Source: Cyanophora paradoxa CCMP329 (lineage: Eukaryota > Plantae > Glaucophyta). Taken from it: DNA of 64,000 bases. The translations under genes were made by a program, and so were the position numbers. Location: NCBI GenBank assembly GCA_004431415.1, contig QPMI01000571.1, positions 62,001-126,000 on the forward strand, in the 5' to 3' direction. Of this stretch, positions 60,501-64,000 are shown piece after piece (the stretch's first letter is position 1; the number at the start of each line of letters is the position of its first letter). The notes under the pieces are model-generated. The model did no database searches. It saw nothing but the letters and a program-made list of their open reading frames with translations, and was not told the DNA's origin.

Positions 60501-63500
60501 TCCAGCCGGGGAGTGCTGCATGCGAGCCAGCGGCCGGCCCGCCCTGCGCAAGCAGGTTACGCGGCGGCGGCGGGTGGCGCGGCGGTGCGGGGCCGCGCGA
60601 GGTCGTTTTCGGACCTCGGGGCGGAGGTGGGGCCTTGGGCTCCAGCCGGGGAGCGCTGCATGCGAGCCAGCGGCCGGCCAGCCCCGCGCCAGCAGGTCAT
60701 GCGGCGGCGGTGGGTTGAGCGGCAGCCCGAAGCCGCGCGAGGCCGAGACGGACCTCGGGGCGGAGGTGGAGCCCTGGGCGCAGCCGGGGAGCGCTGCGTG
60801 CGAGCCAGCGGCCAGCCCGCCCTGCGCCAGCAGGTGATGCGGCGGCGGCGGGTCGAGCGGCAGCGCGGGGCTGCGCGAGGCCGTGATGGACCTCGGGGCG
60901 GAGGTAGAGCCCTGGGCTCCAGCCGGGGAGCGCTGTGTGCGAGCCAGCGGCCGGCCCGCCCTGCGCAAGCAGGTCAGGCGGCGGCGGTGGGTCGAGCGGC
61001 GGCGCGGGGTCGGGCGAGGCCGTGACGGACCTCTGGGCGGTGGTAACGCCTTGAGCTCCAGCCGGGGGGCGCTGCGGACGAGCCAGCGGCCGGCCCGCCC
61101 TGCGCAGGCAGGTTATGCGGCGGCGGCGTGTCGAGCGGCAGCACAGGGGAGCGCGAGGCCGTGGCGGACCTCGGGGCGGTGGTGGAGCCCTGGGCTCCAG
61201 CCGGGAGCGCTGCATGCGCACCAGCGGCCGGCCCTGCGCAGGCAGGTTCTGGGCGGCGGCGGGTCGAGCAGCAGCGCGGGGCCGCGCGAGGCCGTGACGG
61301 ACCTCGGGGCGGAAGTGTGGCCCTGGGCTCCAGCCGGGGAGCGCTGCATGCGCACCAGCGGCCCGCCCTGCGCAAGCAGGTCAGGCGGCAGTGGCATGTC
61401 GAGCAGCAGCGCGGGGCCGCGCGAAGCCGTGACGGACCTCGGGGCGGAAGTGGGCCCTGGGCTCCAGCCGGGGAGCGCTGTATGCGAGCCAGCGGACGGC
61501 CCGCCCTGCGCAAGCAGGTTTTGCGGCGGCGGCTGGTCGAGCGGCAGTGCGGGGCCGCACGAGGCCGTGATGGACCTCGGGGCGGAGGTAGAGCCCTGGG
61601 CTCCAGCCGGGGAGCGCTGTGTGCGAGCCAGCGGCCGGCCCGCCCTGCGCAAGCAGGTTACGCGGCGGCGGCGGGTGGCGCGGCGGTGCGGGGCCGCGCG
61701 AGGTCGTTTTCGGACCTCGGGGCGGAGGTGGGGCCTTGGGCTCCAGCCGGGGAGCGCTGCATGCGAGCCAGCGGCCGGCCAGCCCCGCCCCAGCAGGTCA
61801 TGCGGCGGCGGTGGGTTGAGCGGCAGCCCGAAGCCGCGCGAGGCCGAGACGGACCTCGGGGCGGAGGTGGAGCCCTGGGCGCAGCCGGGGAGCGCTGCGT
61901 GCGAGCCAGCGGCCAGCCCGCCCTGCGCCAGCAGGTGATGCGGCGGCGGCGGGTCGAGCGGCAGCGCGGGGCTGCGCGAGGCCGTGATGGACCTCGGGGC
62001 GGAAGTGGAGCCCTGGGCCCCAGCCGGAGAGCGCGGCAGGCGAGCCAGTGGCCGGCCCGCCCTGCGCAAGCAGGTCAGGCGGCGGCGGTGGGTCGAGCGG
62101 CGGCGCGGGGACGCACGAGGCCGTGACAGACCTCGGGGCGTAGGTGGGGCCCTGGGCCCCAGCCGGAGAGTACCGCAGGCGAGACGGCGGTCGGCCCGCC
62201 CTGCGCAAGCAGGTTATGTGGTGGCGGCGGGTCGAGCAGCAGCGCGGGGCCGCGCGAGGCCATGACGGACCTCGGGGCGGAGGTGGAGCCCTGGGCTCCA
62301 GCCGGGGAGTGCTGCGTGCGAGCCAGCGGCCGGCCCGCCCTGCGCAAGCAGGTCAGGCGGCGGCGGCGTGTCGAGCGGCAGCGCGGGGCCTCGCGAAGCC
62401 GTGACGTACCTCGGGGCGGAGGCGGAGCCCTGGGCTCCAGCCGGGGAGCGCCGCAGGCGAGCCAGCGGTCGGCCCGCCCTGCGCAAGCAGGTTATGCGGC
62501 GGCGGAGGGTCGAGCGGCGGCGCGGGGCCGCGCTAGGCCGTGACGGACCTCGGGGCGGCGGTGGAGACCAAGGCTCCGGCCGGGGAGGGCTGCATGCAAG
62601 CCAGCGGCCGGCCCGCCCTGCGCAAGCAGGTTATGCGGCGGCGGCGGGTCGAGCGGCAGCGCGGGGCCGCGCGAGGCCGTGACGGACCTCGGGGCGGAGG
62701 TGGAGCCCTGGGCTCCAGCCGGAGAGCGCGACAGGCGAGCCAGCGGCCGGCCTGCCCTGCGCAAGCAGGTCAGGCGGCAGCGGTGTGTCGGGCGGCGGCG
62801 CGGGGTCGCGCGAGGCCGCTTCAGACCTCGGGGTGGAGGTGGGGCCCAAGGGCTCCAACCGGCGAATGTCGCAGGCGAGCCAGCGGTCGGCCCGCCCTGC
62901 GCAAGCAGGTCAGGCGGCGGCGGCAGGTCGCGCGGCGGCACGGGGCCGCGCGAGGCCGTGACGGACCTCGGGGCGGAGGTGGGGCCCCAAGGGCTCCAGC
63001 CCGAGAGCGTCGCATGCGAGCCAGCGGCCGGCCCGCCCTGCGTAAGCAGGTCCGGCGGCGGCGGCGAGTCGAGCGGCGGTGCGGGGCCGCGCGAGGCCGT
63101 GACGGACCTCGGGGCGGAGGTGAAGCCCAAGGCTCCAGCCGGAGAGCGCCGCAGGCGGGCCAGCGGCCGGCCCGCCCTGCGCAAGCAGGTCAGGCGGCGG
63201 CGGCGGGTCGAGCGGCGGCGCGGGGCCGTGCGAGGCCGTGACGGACCTCGGGGCGGAGGTGGAGCCCTGGGCTCCAGCCGGGGAGCGCTGCATGCGCACC
63301 AGCGGCCGGCCCGCCCTACGTAAGCAGGTTATGCGGCGGCGGCGGGTCGAGCGCGGGCGTGGGGTCGCGCGAGGTCGTTTTCGGACCTCGGGGCGGAGGT
63401 GGGGCCCGGGGCTCCAGCCGGGGAGCGCCGCAGGCGAGCCAGCGGCCGGCCCGCCCTGCGCAAGCAGGACAGGCGGCGGTGCCACGGTGGCGGGTTGAGC

Positions 63501-64000
63501 GGCGGTGCGGGGGCCGCGCGAGGCCGTGACGGGCCTCGGGCGGAGGTGGAGCCCAAGGGCTCCAGCCGGAGAGCGCGGCAGGCGAGCCAGCGGCCGGCCC
63601 GCCCTGCGCAAGCAGATCAGGCTGCGGCGGCGGGTCGAGCGGCGGCGCGGGGCCGCGCGAGGCCGTGACGGACCTCGGGGCGGAGGCGGAGCCCTGGGCT
63701 CCAGCCGGAGAGCGCCGCAGGCGAGCCAGCGGTCGGCCCGCCCTGCGCAAGCAGGTCAGGCGGCGGCGGCGGGTGGCGCGGGGGGGCGGGGCCGTGCGAG
63801 GTCGTTTTCGGACCTCGGGGCGGAGGTGGAGCCCTGGGCTCCAGCCGGGGAGCGTCGCAGGCGCGCCAGCGGTCGGCCCGCCCTGTGCAAGCAGGTCAGG
63901 CGGCGGTGCCACGGTGGCGGGTCGAGCGGCGGCACGGGCCGCGCGAGGCCGTGACGGACCTCGGGGCGGAGGTGGAGACCAAGGCTCCAGCCGGAGAGCG
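57590..64000. repeat. GC-rich tandem satellite, 139-bp monomer, about 46 copies in the window, with higher-order duplications
   Basis: Monomer GGCCGTGACGGACCTCGGGGCGGAGGTGGAGCCCTGGGCTCCAGCCGGGGAGCGCTGCATGCGAGCCAGCGGCCGGCCCGCCCTGCGCAAGCAGGTTATGCGGCGGCGGCGGGTCGAGCGGCAGCGCGGGGCCGCGCGA (139 nt); equivalent ORF ends recur at 62075, 62214, 62492, 62631. Confidence 0.95.

Noticed and set aside
57590-64000. Repetitive ORFs (MTDLGAEVEPWAPAGER..., MRRAGRPLAR...) or a CRISPR, 5S or tRNA array in the satellite
   Set aside because: The 139-bp unit is not a multiple of 3, so frames rotate; there are no unique spacers; the monomer shows no 5S rRNA or tRNA features

Overview
Eukaryotic, very GC-rich nuclear DNA. 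Genes are broken by many short (about 45-90 nt) spliceosomal introns, a large share with GC donors, so the supplied ORF track is mostly exon fragments and antisense shadows. A Phe-containing plastid-type presequence (MAAF...) on a cyanobacterial-type DUF3598 protein suggests a glaucophyte such as Cyanophora (inference). 1-42.8 kb is gene-dense: a partial MGxxCC protein, a coiled-coil protein, an RCC1-repeat plus coiled-coil protein, an F-box/LRR-like protein, a plastid class I methyltransferase, DUF3598/BFA1-like, an ELMO-domain protein, and a head-to-head pair of paralogous ankyrin-repeat / tandem-TIR / coiled-coil / CaaX genes. That pair is the main finding: their start codons are 115 bp apart, one keeps the TIR catalytic Glu (SDWCMLEL) and the other has Gln there (SARCRAQL), resembling a membrane-anchored sensor/executor immune pair. 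42.9-57.6 kb is an accessory zone of lower GC. It holds a CUB/mucin/cadherin-like membrane-protein gene split by a 1.78-kb TIR-less insertion with 6-bp direct repeats, a duplicate of the TIR gene 3' end, and decayed element-like DNA. 57.6-64 kb is a 139-bp satellite with higher-order repeats that runs off the window. Gene models were spliced by eye and all family calls come from motif recognition, not database searches.
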